From: Curvularia clavata
Lineage: Eukaryota
DNA length: 64,000 bases
Direction of reading: 5' to 3'
Assembly (NCBI GenBank): GCA_023920165.1
Contig: CP089277.1
Location: 3,844,001-3,908,000 of the forward strand
The notes under the pieces were generated by a model, which saw only the letters and a program-made list of their open reading frames with translations, did not search any database and had not been told where the DNA came from. Position 1 is the stretch's first letter, and each line of letters opens with the position of its first letter. A program made the translations under genes and the position numbers. Shown here one piece after another: positions 1-11,333 of the stretch.

Positions 1-247
1 CTTCTCTGGTCAGCAAGACCAGACCTCATCGGCGCTCAGCATCGCTGGTCCGTTTAACGGCGGATACTACAAGCAAGACAACGTGCCTTTGGCAGTCTGG
101 TCGCCCTGTGGCCAGGACGCCTTACTCAACATTAACAGCGAGGTTGCACTGACGCCAATCGCTACATCAGCCAATGGTGTGCTTGCTGCAACAAAAGAGT
201 CTGGTAGATTCACGTCGAATTTGTACGTCCAGTGGAAGAAGTGTTGA
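1..247 (+). CDS. 3' end of a DUF4360-like (probably secreted) protein; 5' end lies outside the window
   Basis: Frame from nt 2 reads FSGQQDQ...AVWSPCGQDALLNINSEVAL...YVQWKKC* (TGA 245-247). The WSPCG / LNINS / terminal W-x-x-C pattern is typical of DUF4360. Confidence 0.7.
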   Translation, partial: FSGQQDQTSSALSIAGPFNGGYYKQDNVPLAVWSPCGQDALLNINSEVALTPIATSANGVLAATKESGRFTSNLYVQWKKC

Positions 248-561
248 AGATGGAATTTCGCCGCGTGTGCCGCGGGAATTTTCCTTATGACAGTAGCGGA
301 CAGGTGTTAGGTGCTTGGTAAATATTTTGTTTGTCTTGGCTTTGAATGAAAAAAAGATTTCTACTTTGATCTCCGCTGCACGTGGCAGGACATGGGCACA
401 CACACGTGTGTGTATGGACCTGCGTACATCTCACCCCACTTCCTTATTCAGCAGTTGAGAAAATTAGCGTGGCCCTCCCAGAACAAGGAGCAAATCACGC
501 TGATGACAAATGTCACACGGGAACGGGGACTACCGGTAGCTGCGGAGATTGGCATCTTGTA

Positions 562-607
562 CGGAGGTGCCCGTCAAAAGTCTTTGCCCACCTGGGCGAG
601 CAGGGGT
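562..607 (+). repeat. Left terminal inverted repeat of the Tc1 element
   Basis: Reverse complement of 2046-2091 except for 2 adjacent mismatches (GA vs AG). Confidence 0.95.
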
Positions 608-721
608 ATATGCACTATTCTTAATTGGGAATCATCTCCGAGCTTACGTGGCTTATCCTTCTCAACCTCAAGTTTACACTCTATACTTTGTATTCTATCT
701 ATTAGTCTTAGTACTATCGCT

Positions 722-2038
722 ATGGTTTATCACGATAATTCTACTCGTGCTGCAGTTGTAGTTCTTAAGGCTATAGGCAAGCCAAATCATGAGATTACTG
801 GACTTACTGGAGTTGAGAAGCGTACGATTAACTCTATCTATGCGCGAGCAATTGAGCGAGGCTTTGATCCAGGCCTCCGGCCACTACAGCTTGAAGACAA
901 GCACCTTGAAGATGCCCATCGATCTGGGCGGCCATCTAAGCGGTCTACAGTCTCTCAGCAAGTAGTAGACACCGTACGCACCGATCGATATGGGCGAGAA
1001 AAGTCTTGTACTGACATTGCTGGCTTGCTAAGCCAACAAGGATTCAATGTCTCAGCATCTACAGTCAGGCGAGTCTTAAGAGAGGAAGGCTTCAGGAAGA
1101 CCAAGCCGACGAGGAAGCCTGGGTTGACGAAGCAGATGAGGGAGGAACGATATAGGTGGTGCCTAGAGCACGCAGACTGGACGCTTAAGGACTGGAAGAA
1201 CGTCATCTGGTCAGACGAAACCTCTATTGTTCTTAACCATAGACGTGGTGGATATAGGATATGGAGAAAAGCAGATGAGGCCTTCGTACGGAGCTGCATT
1301 CGCGAGAGATGGAAAGGCTATTCTGAGTTTATGTTTTGGGGCTGTTTCTCGTACGATAAGAAAGGGCCCTGCCACTGCTGGACACCAGAAACAAATAAAG
1401 AGAAAGAGGCTGCTACTACTTGGATTGATGAACTAAATGAGAAGCTTGAGCCTATCAAGAAGGCTGAGTGGGAGCTTGAAAATGGTATACGTCGTCTTGA
1501 CCTCCGGAACAAGCCTGGCCGACAGCCTCAGTGGAGGTGGAATAAGAGGACAGGAAAGCTTAGCCGACGTGATGGCTCAGGAATCGACTGGTATCGATAT
1601 CAGACAGTTATTCTTCTACCAAAACTAATTCCTTTTGCAAAGGAATGTAAGGCTAATCGACCTAGAACAGTCGTACAGGAAGATAAGGCGCCTTCTCACG
1701 ACCACTATGTTCAAAGCTATATTTATAGTCTTCATGATATTGAGAAGATTCTTTAGTGTGGGAACTCGCCTGACTTAAATGCGATTGAGCCTTGCTGGCC
1801 ATGGATGAAAAGAGCTACTACTAAGAAGGGGGCGCCTAAGAACAGAGCAGAGGGAATACGGGTATGGGAGCGGTGCTGGAGAGACCTACCTCAGGAGAAA
1901 ATACAGGCTTGGATTGAGCGAATTTCATTTCACATACAACAGATTATTAGACTCGAAGGTGGTAACGAGTATAAGGAGGGTAGGCGGCTTAGGAAGCCAG
2001 AGCCAGAGCTTTCGGAGGATAGTCTATATTGGGAATAG
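722..2038 (+). pseudogene. Tc1-family transposase interrupted by one in-frame TAG (1754-1756)
   Basis: ATG 722; HTH region with SGRP; VIWSDE, QEDKAPSH, then L*CGNSPDLNAIEPCW in the same frame through to TAG 2038. There are 34 residues between the second D and the E. Confidence 0.93.
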
Positions 2039-2045
2039 CCTAGAA

Positions 2046-2091
2046 ACCCCTGCCTGCCCAGGTGGGCAAAGACTTTTGACGGGCACCTCCG
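2046..2091 (-). repeat. Right terminal inverted repeat of the Tc1 element
   Basis: ACCCCTGCCTGCCCAGGTGGGCAAAGACTTTTGACGGGCACCTCCG followed by TA. Confidence 0.95.
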
Positions 2092-3089
2092 TACACACAC
2101 ACATACGAAGCCCATCACCCCTGGCAACATGATGCCAAATTTGAAACTGGTCCTCACCACAGTCTACTCGCCTATGCCATTTTTGCTCTTGAGCATACGT
2201 GTTGCTGCTCCAACACGGTGCGTGGACCCTGCCAAGGACGGAGACCCATTCAATCGCAACGGTAACCTTATCGACTTCCTTCTGCTTAAGGCAAAGAGTG
2301 GCTGGCAACGTTGCGCTGAGACCATCCGGTGGTCACGTAAAGAGGGTAGTATGCAAAGACAGGAAAGAAAAGACTGGTCCATATCAGGCGCTCCATCCTA
2401 ATTCTGGTAGCGACTCGTCCACCGCTTGTCAAGCCGTCGTTAGTACAGGCGGCACCCAGCCAGACGAAACGCTCGACCCGCTTAGATGCCGACAAATCCA
2501 CTTTTTACAGACCGCCGGAAGAAGCGCCGGCGGGGCTAGAGAGGCCATTTCAAGATGGACGAGGGAAGTGCCGCCTGCGCGTATATCCCGCCCTGACCTA
2601 CCGAATGCTGTTCCATGTGCTTTTCGACCGCTTCTCGCCCCCGTAGCTTTACAAATACATGAACCGAGGACTGGGCCGAGTACGACAAGACACATGGAAG
2701 AGCAACCATATGTGATAACCCCCCACAACGCAAGCAAATGCCCTGCCCATAGATGAGGGGCATTACGGATGATGAAAGCCTAGACTGGCTACTTGCCCCG
2801 CGATTCTACGGCTGGAAGTGGGGTTCAAGCGTCGCAAAGTCGCCGCCAAGTGGACTTGAAAACCGGCCACTACGACAACCCACTCACCAAGCCACCGAAG
2901 CATAGGCGTGCCTTTACCGAGGATGGCAAGGAAGCGGGAAGTGAAAGCGGCTAGGTGGCAAAAGCTGCTGCTGCTGTATCTCCCGTGAAGCTTAAGTAGA
3001 CAGTCCCATCCCACAGTACTTCGAATAGAAACACTCTTCCTTTTTTCTATTATATACCCCTGTACCACAATACCCCTCCATTTGCAAAC

Positions 3090-4578
3090 ATGTCTCCAGG
3101 AAAGGTCTCAACTCTTGACTTTGAGAAGTTCTACAACATCATCGACGGCCAGCAGCGTGGCTCAGAGCAGATTCACCATGGTCTCAACCCCACAACAGGC
3201 CAGGAGCTGTGGGAAGTTCCTATTGCCAGCGAGAAGGACCTGAACGACGCTGTTGCTTCAGCTAAGAAGGCATTCCCCGCATGGCGTGACACACCCATTG
3301 AGGAGAGGAAGGCTCTTCTTGGCAAGATCATTGAGCTTTTCCAACAACACCATGAGGAATTCCTCACTCTGCTGTGCAAGGAGTCTGGAAAGCCAGTATG
3401 TACTTCTGCGTCTTTTGCTTAGTGCTGTGCTAACATGTGAATAGAAACAATTTGCCAACATGGAGGTTTCCTTCACCAGTGCTTTCATTGGTCACCACAT
3501 CCAACTCGACATCCCCACTGAGAAGCTTGAGGACGAAGAGAAGACCATCTACACAGAGTACTCACCGCTTGGTGTCTGCGGTGCCATCTGCCCTTGGAAC
3601 TTCCCCCTGATCCTGATGGTCGGAAAGGTCGCCCCAGCGCTCATGACCGGAAACACCATGATTGTCAAGCCATCCCCCTTCACACCTTACACAGCTCTCA
3701 AGTTCGTTGAGCTCGCCCAACAAGTTCTCCCACCAGGCGTTCTCCAGGTTGTTGGTGGCAACAACGAGCTCGGTGTCCAGCTGTGCCAGCACCCCGATGT
3801 TGCCAAGATCAGCTTTACCGGATCCACAGCCACTGGTAAGAAGGTCATGGAGACATGCTCCAAGACCCTCAAGCGTGTCACCCTCGAGCTTGGAGGAAAC
3901 GATGCCTCCATCATTCTTCCCGACGTCGACATCAAGAAGGTCGCACCAGAGGTTGCCATGGGCGCGTTCCAGAACTCCGGTCAGGTCTGCGTTGCCACCA
4001 AGCGCATCTACATCCACGAGTCCATCTACAAGGAGTTCCTTGAGGAGATGGTCAACTTCACCAAGTCCATCAAGGTTGGCAACCCCGAAGACGGCGACAA
4101 CCTTCTCGGCCCCGTCCAGAACCAAATGCAGTACGAGCGCGTCAAGGGCTTCTTCGAGGACAGCAAGTCCAAGGGCTACAACTTCGCCGTTGGTGCCCCC
4201 GACGTAACTACCTCCAAGGGCTACTTCATCCAGCCCACCATCATCGACAACCCACCCAACGACTCGCGCATCATCCAGGAGGAGCCTTTCGGCCCCATTG
4301 TCCCCACACAGCCCTGGTCAGACCTCGAGGAAGTCATTGCCCGCGCCAACAACACAAACTCCGGTCTTGGTGCCTGCGTCTGGGGCAAGGACGTCGAGCA
4401 AGCGAGCAAGATTGCGCGCCGCCTCGAAGCTGGCTCCGTCTTCGTCAACTCGTTTGAGAAGCCTACCCCTCAGGCGGCTTTTGGTGGACACAAGGAATCA
4501 GGTATTGGTGCTGAGTGGGGTAAGACGGGTCTCCTGGCGTACCTGAACCCCCATGTCATTCATGTGTACAAGTCGTAA
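3090..4578 (+). CDS. NAD(P)-dependent aldehyde dehydrogenase; exons 3090-3395, 3445-4578
   Basis: PWNFP, KPS, FTGS, LELGG (catalytic Glu), GQVC (catalytic Cys), EEPFGP and FGGHKESG motifs; intron GTATGT..GCTAAC..TAG restores the frame. Confidence 0.95.
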
Positions 4579-5999
4579 GGGAAAAGAAAGTTGAAAAGCC
4601 AAGTCTATGTATTTTTGTAATGGAATAATGAAGATATGTTCTGACCAACATACTGTTGTGAGTTATGTGATATACTTGAACTCGTTTACCGTCTTCCTGT
4701 CGCCCCTGCACAGATGCTTGAATAGGTTAAGGAATGACGAGGAAAGCTTTGCTGTTACTTTCTCTAGCTTGGAGATGTATCTTTCAGCGGTGTAGAGGGC
4801 CACGAACTAAACGTTGACTAAGATAGTGTAGTGCTAACGTGAGAACTGTTAGTATAGTGGGATTAAAACGGCACCACTAACACATGTGACATGACGTAGT
4901 ATAGTCGGGAATGCGGTGAGGTAGTTAATTTAGTTGTGGCGTGGACTGGAACCAGTGGGGAAACGTATTAGCATACCGAGAGTTAGCTGGATGAAAATAG
5001 CCACACTGCAGTATGCAACCTCACTGGTAGGTAGGAATTTGGTAAGCAGAGGGGTGTAACGTGAGAAAGCCGAGAGTTGGTTCAGATGCGGTGTGATCTA
5101 TAGTAGGATCTGATGATGAGGGATACGAGCTAGTGAGTGGTAAGAGGAGGAGTGTTATGTGATAGAATAGATCGTTGCGTCGAATGCGGCATGTTGTATA
5201 GTGAGATCTGGCAATGGGGGGCCAGAGCTAGCGAGTGCGTTTTGTTGAAGGTACCAAGTACTTACAGTGTTGTAGCAGTAAATGAGGCGTTTGATCTAAT
5301 GATTTGGTACCCCGCCATATCAATTAACATCTTTTGTGGGTGCGCAGTGAACCCCTTCATCCATCAGCTACTTGAATGTGGCGGTGATCGTGGCACTATG
5401 GTGTGTACTTGACATGTGACATGTGACATGTGTTTTGCCCAGCTAGTTACAGAGGAGTACTGATAGCAAGTTAAACGAGCTAATAAATAGCTAGCTAGAA
5501 CTACAGAGTGACAATCTATGCTTACTCAGAAAATTTGGTAGTAAAGTCCCTAGCAGATATTCACTGTCTGATGATAGTCTACGTCATATTCGTGCCACCG
5601 TAGCTAAGACTAGGCCTGTCGTTATCAGAAGATCAGTTCTTTACCCTTTGGGCTGCGACAACCAAAAATGTATGAGCAATCGGCACTACTCTGATTACTG
5701 ACATGACATAATAATAATAGACCGACCTAGTAGTATATCTGTCAGCCCTACAAGTCAGAGGAACAAGATCCTGGCAATCATTTGGCTTGAATACCGCCTA
5801 TTTGCAGGCAAAATACGTTTCACATGTCTGAATACAGTTGGTAAAATAGAAGAGCCAAACCTTAATCATCATAGAAAAACCGGGGCACGTCCCAATAGAT
5901 GTTGTAAGACTCGTCCCAGATACCAGAAAAGCTTGACCACCGTGAACGTGCTCGCAATTCCCGTGCCGAGCGATGGAAGAAACATGAAGCATTGAACAA

Positions 6000-6514
6000 T
6001 TAGCCACTAACCGGAAAGGTCCAGGTTGGCATGGGGTTCAGTCTCGATAGAGTTAAGACGTCATTTAGCTGAGACTCGGTTGCGGCTCGGCCGCCCGACC
6101 GTGCCCCTGCACAGACGTCGCATGAACCGCGCCCACCTTCGAGATTTCACCAGCAATTGAACTGATACGACCTCCACAGCGGCATGAAATCGAGTGTTCT
6201 GTTGCATCGCGATGCGAAGCTTTCGAGGAATCAGGCCTGGGACTGAGCCATCATCTGATCCACTTGCTTTGGTGTGCGACTCTTGATCCAATCTTTGAAA
6301 CACGGAAGAACCGCGCGCGTTGCTTACACTAGTGGAGACCCCAAGCACAGCCCGAAATGATTCCCAGGAAACTGGCTGGCGTTTCCACAGGTTTCATGAA
6401 ACAACGCCTGGCTAGACCAACTGACTCCCGCTGGCCCACCCATGCCCCTCGTCTGACGGAGCCCACAACCATGTCACTCCATGTCACTTGGTGTCAAACG
6501 AGAAGGAATATAAA
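6000..6514 (+). promoter_or_regulatory. Xylanase promoter: candidate XlnR sites and TATA box
   Basis: GGCTAA on the minus strand at 6000-6005, GGCTAG at 6410-6415, TATAAA at 6509-6514, followed by a CT-rich tract. Short motifs, so chance matches are possible. Confidence 0.45.
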
Positions 6515-6745
6515 ATTAATGGTTGTCTGCCCTCTATATCTCCGTTCCATTCCGTCTGGATCTCATTCTCCATCTTCACTCTCTATCTCTCCTTCGCTCA
6601 TTGGAAGTTTACTTCCTCGACTTTCGTTTACCTATACAACTCACTAGAAGCGTGCTTCTATTCTCTTCTATTCACTCTTTTTTTCTTAACCCGACTCGCC
6701 TTTGACCCGAAAGACACAAAACAACACAAACTCGAAACAGCAATC

Positions 6746-8194
6746 ATGCATTTCCGCGATGCTTGCACCTACATGGCCGTCGTTGGTCTGTCCACGACGG
6801 CTCTCGCTGCTGTCCAGCCCTATGGACAGTGCGGCGGTATGAACTACAAGGGCGATGTTACATGCACTCAGGGCTGGCAGTGCGTCAAGGCCAACGACTG
6901 GTACAGCCAGTGCGTTGCCGGTACTGCCAACACCCCTGCTACCCCTGCTACTCCTAGCAGCGCCCCCAGCGTCCCCAGCGTCCCAGCTGTGCCCTCCAAC
7001 GGCACCGAGACTGCTGGCGACGACTCTTGCGACGCTGATGAGGATGATGGTGCTGAGGCCGGTACGGAGGGTGCTGATGGTGAAGACGACTCCTGCGATG
7101 CAGACGGCGAGGATGCCCCTGCGGCCTCTCCATCCGCGTCTCCATCCGCATCTCCATCTCCCTCTCCCTCTGCCGTCCCATCTGCTGCCCCATCTCCTAG
7201 CAAGGTCGGCAATACCGCTAGCCCTAGCCCTTCTAGTGCTGCTGCTCCCAACGTTGCTGGCAGCGGTCGCAACGGCGCCAAGTGCTCCCTTGATGCTGCC
7301 TTCAAGGCCAAGGGTAAGAAGTATGTTGGTGTTGCCACCGATCAGTACACCTTCAGCAACGCCCAGAACAAGCAGGTCATCGTCGACGACTTTGGCTGCG
7401 TTACTCCTGAGAACAGCATGAAGTGGGATGCCACTGAGGGCAAGCAGGGTGTCTTTACTCTCAGCGGCGCCGACGCCCTCGTCAAGTTCGCCACTGACAA
7501 CAAGAAGATGATCCGCGGCCACACCACCGTTTGGCACTCTCAGCTCCCTGCCTGGGTCTCCCAGATCAACGACAAGGCTAAGCTTGAGGAGGTCATGATC
7601 AACCACATCAAGAAGCTCCTGACCACCTACGCCGGCAAGATCTACGCTTGGGACGTCGTCAACGAGATCTTCGCTGAGGATGGTGGCTTCCGCTCCAGCG
7701 TTTTCTACAACGTTCTTGGTGAGGGCTTTGTCTCTACTGCCTTCCACGCTGCCCGCCAGGCCGACCCCAACGCCAAGCTCTACATCAACGACTACAACCT
7801 CGACGGTGCCAACTACCCAAAGCTCAAGGGCATGGTCACCAACGTCAAGAAGTGGATCGCCGCCGGTGTTCCCATTGACGGTATCGGTTCGCAAACCCAT
7901 CTTACTGCCGGCAGCACTCTGTTCCCTGTCTCCGGTGTCCCTGCTGCTCTCAAGTCCCTTTGCGGCGCCGCCCCCGAGTGCGCCATCACTGAGCTCGATA
8001 TCAAGAACGGTGCGCCATCTGACTGGGTCACTGTCTTCCAGGGCTGCGAGGAGCTCAAGAACTGCGTTGGTGTTACCGTCTGGGGTGTTTCTGACACCAA
8101 CTCTTGGATCGGTGCCGCCGGCAAGCCCCTCTTGTTCGATGGCAGCTTCCAGGCTAAGCCCTCTTACAACGAGCTTTGCTCAGCTTTGGCTTAA
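6746..8194 (+). CDS. Secreted GH10 endo-1,4-beta-xylanase with N-terminal CBM1
   Basis: Signal peptide from ATG 6746; CBM1 (GQCGG..C..GW.C...NDWYSQC); P/S/A plus acidic linker; GH10 motifs TPENSMKW, RGHT, WDVVNE (acid/base), YINDYN, ITELD (nucleophile). Intronless. Confidence 0.96.
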   Translation: MHFRDACTYMAVVGLSTTALAAVQPYGQCGGMNYKGDVTCTQGWQCVKANDWYSQCVAGTANTPATPATPSSAPSVPSVPAVPSNGTETAGDDSCDADEDDGAEAGTEGADGEDDSCDADGEDAPAASPSASPSASPSPSPSAVPSAAPSPSKVGNTASPSPSSAAAPNVAGSGRNGAKCSLDAAFKAKGKKYVGVATDQYTFSNAQNKQVIVDDFGCVTPENSMKWDATEGKQGVFTLSGADALVKFATDNKKMIRGHTTVWHSQLPAWVSQINDKAKLEEVMINHIKKLLTTYAGKIYAWDVVNEIFAEDGGFRSSVFYNVLGEGFVSTAFHAARQADPNAKLYINDYNLDGANYPKLKGMVTNVKKWIAAGVPIDGIGSQTHLTAGSTLFPVSGVPAALKSLCGAAPECAITELDIKNGAPSDWVTVFQGCEELKNCVGVTVWGVSDTNSWIGAAGKPLLFDGSFQAKPSYNELCSALA

Positions 8195-9320
8195 GTGATT
8201 GAGGATCCGATGAGTTGTAGATGGAGTGTATATATTTTTCAATTCTTTTTCTCTCTTATACATTTTCTGCGTCATTATTTGATAGACCAGAATTTACGAG
8301 CATGATGGTCCTGCTAGACTGGGACAGACAAATTCATGCGTTTTTCTTTCAAACATCATATCTTTGTGCCTTTTGATAAACTGTGTGACTCCGTGTAGAT
8401 GGCATCGTGCTTGAATAATCCAGATTACGAGTGATATTCTCACCGATTAGTATTTCTCGAGCACTGACCTTAATCAGTGAAGTGGTTGCAGTGATTCGCA
8501 TGGACTGCGTGTAAGCACTTAGTCGAGTAGACTTCTCGATCAAGCGGAGCAAATAGATAAATCCAGCTCGGAGATAAATCTCGTAAAGGATTGTCAGTTG
8601 TATTGCGCCTCTAACTTGTAAGATTGCCAAGATCGGTGTTATCAACGCCCTATCTTGCCTTCTCGTCGGCCCTTTGGCGGCGGACGGGTGGGCATAAATT
8701 CAAGGAGCCTAAGTGAGATTGGATCGGTCCTGTTGGCGGATATTTTGTATTCTGTCAGATCTCACCCGCATATCGTATGTTTCATATATGTGTATCTTCC
8801 GCAATTTTGTCATCAGTGGAGATGTCACCGCGGTAGAGACTCCCGGTGGTAAAAGTCACCTCAGGTATCGGTACTTGGAGTTTAAAATCATGAACCCCCT
8901 CATCGAAACTGGATCGAACATTTATCGTTAGCGCGTTCACCCCTTGATTGTCAAAGTGCTTAATTTCACATCATGACTAGGCTTCTCCACCACTGATTCG
9001 CCGCGAAGCCAACATGACTCGTTTGAACAATAACATGGCAGTGTCTAATTTTATGGCTGTGCGCCTGCGCTTATTATAAGTTACCTTCATTTTTCTGGCA
9101 GCGATATCATGACAACTCATGCAACATCATCACACTGGCTGATATTTCCCAGCAGAGTGACCACATGGGATCGCTTAGCACGTCTCGCGTGATAGATCAC
9201 TCGTGATTCAACCCACATGTATGATTTAGCTATGATGTATGCGGCTAGAAGCACCTATAAATAGATACAAACGAGCCATGTGGAATGGTTATTGTCAAGT
9301 TTCCATTGGCGTCCTCGAGC

Positions 9321-10105
9321 TTACAGGGTGGCCAAGTCACCATGGATAGCCGCCATTTTTGCCAGGTTATCGGCGATCGTGTTATGCGCCCTTGGAATAC
9401 GCCAGAATCCAATCTGCGTTATGTTAGTCTCGCATGCATTTGACACAGTGCCTTTTAGTGTCATGACTAACCTTCACATTGCTGTTCGCCTCATGCGTTG
9501 CCACGAGAGCGTCGAGAGCCAAGAACAGATCCAGGTTCAGCGGTCTAGTACCTTTCGATGTGCGCCAGCCATTTCCCTAAAAGCCTGGTCAGAAGTGTCG
9601 GAAAATGACGGTGTCAGGTAAACTAGCTGGTACATGCCTTCCATGTCGGTAGCCATTCAGTCATGCCCCTAACGACATACTCAGAATCGGTTGCGATAAT
9701 CCAATTGCGTTCTCTTCCCTCAGAATCCCTATCATCATCCTCAGCGAGTACCTCCAGACCGAACTTTGCTGCACAGAGTTCTGCTCGTTGGTTTGACCGT
9801 AGCGGATAGTCGTCGACCATGTCTGTGATAGGTTTGGATCGTTGGCCGTCATAGCTCCTGCTGTATGCTATACCAATGCCAGCTTTTGCTGAAGGTTTCC
9901 CGTTGTCCGTACGTGCCCCGTCGGTGAATACAATGCGATAATGATGGCAGGGTTGGGATAGACGCTTCCGTTGGTTACCAGGGCAGCAATATAGCAGAAA
10001 GTCTCCGCACCGGGGACATTCTTGAATGAGTTCTGACAAGGACCATTCTTCGAGAAAATCACAGAGAATGAGCTTTCTGTCTTCGACTCCCTGTGCGTAG
10101 CCCAT
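9321..10105 (-). CDS. Ribonuclease HI-like protein with N-terminal Cys/His cluster; exons 10105-9638, 9576-9472, 9413-9321
   Basis: FTDGA, SNQRAEL, ATDSEYV, W..WK-GNGWRTS.G..P.N.DL, and F(W)RIPRAHNTIADNLAK. Two introns (GC-AG, then GT-AG) give a continuous frame. Confidence 0.88.
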
Positions 10106-11333
10106 TGTTGTGAGGGAAGTGATGACACGAAGTTACAGTAAAGATTTGAAGGGGGCTCTGCCCAGGTCACCATGCGGAGAATATTTGAACCGCGCGATCA
10201 TTACCCAGGTAACGTTACTTCCATTGTTCCACTACCTGCACTTAGGCATGTGCTAAAGATTGAACATACAGTGCTTATGCACCTCACATACACATCTTGT
10301 TTGTGATTGTTGAAGGTTTCAAGAGGACTGTCAACAGGCGAACTACATTAACTAGGGTCTCAGACTTATGCGACAAGGAATTGCGACCAATACCTACCAA
10401 TCGAGTGGCTAAACTATCCAAGAGAAGGATTCAATATTACGTGCGTGTGGAGTGGGTGTAGGTTTGTTCGAGCTTGGCATGTATGTATCCGCGTTTGGTG
10501 ACTGGAGGATAATTGCAGCACTCGCAAACCTGTAGGCGAATTGTTTGGAAAATTTTAAGTAGTCCAGCTGCATATGATTGTCAGAGCCGGGTCAGTACAG
10601 TGTAGGTGCACCATGCATGTTGAGCTAAGAATCATGAAAACCATGTTTCTTGGCGGGGACAGCAGCGTTGGAATCGTAACATAGTACTTTACAACTTAGA
10701 AAGTGACCAGCACATGTATATTCGATAATCTTCAAGATATCTAAGGGTTTCCGAGTCGTTGATGGTACTTCTGGAGCGCTTTCGTGGCCCCAAATCCAGC
10801 AGTGCGGGTAGCAGACAACGGATTGAAACACTTGATCACTCTGGCGAACCACTGCTGTATACTATTCTCTTCAATAGGCTGTTCGTATTTTGGCTTCCCG
10901 GCCGCAAACACATGGTCGAGGCAAACGAAATCTGGCTGCGAGATGCAAGAGTATGGAACGACCCCACTGTTTGTTATACCAGCAAAAACAAAGAGCATCC
11001 GATTGGGGTTCGGCCCCTACCATAAGTAATGCGGGATCATGAGGAATGGTCGTTGGGTGGTAGCTGTGGGTCACGGCCAAGCATCGGCGAAGTGATGCCC
11101 AGCCTCACACAATTCCAACATAGAAAAGATCCAACCAAAAACAAAAACATACAACAGCGGGGATTCGCCAGTGGTCACCCACCTGACTACTAGTCCGCCG
11201 ATTTCGAGCTTGAGTACCGCTGAGCGAACGGGAAGCGCTAGTTTCTCGAATCGATGATCGTATGTGAAAGAATGTCTTGAAACTGGAGTACAAGTCGGAA
11301 GACCGATTTATCGTGCTACGAGACGTAACTACT

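Larger units (their letters stand above)
562..2091 (+). mobile_element. Full-length Tc1/mariner (Tc1-type, DD34E) DNA transposon, 1530 bp
   Basis: 46-bp TIRs at 562-607 and 2046-2091 (CGGAGGTGCCCGTCAAAAGTCTTTGCCCACCTGGGC.., 44/46 identical), flanked by TA at 560-561 and 2092-2093; internal transposase. Confidence 0.97.

Noticed and set aside
398..413. 16-bp palindrome ACACACACGTGTGTGT near the transposon
   Set aside because: Low-complexity CA/TG sequence with no TSD or partner structure.
392..721. 110-aa N-terminal extension of the transposase ORF from ATG 392
   Set aside because: It starts outside the element and reads through the TIR; likely a chance open frame. ATG 722 fits a Tc1 transposase start.
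4879..5433. Possible MITE bounded by AACACATGT-like inverted motifs
   Set aside because: Match is short, imperfect and self-palindromic, with no target-site duplication.
6488..6745. Upstream hydrophobic extension of the xylanase ORF
   Set aside because: Non-ATG start that spans the TATA box and CT-rich 5' leader; the signal peptide begins at 6746.
6686..7900. 404-aa antisense ORF (similar ones overlap ALDH, SWR1 and the Zn dehydrogenase)
   Set aside because: Shadow of strong codon bias in the sense gene; no independent motifs.
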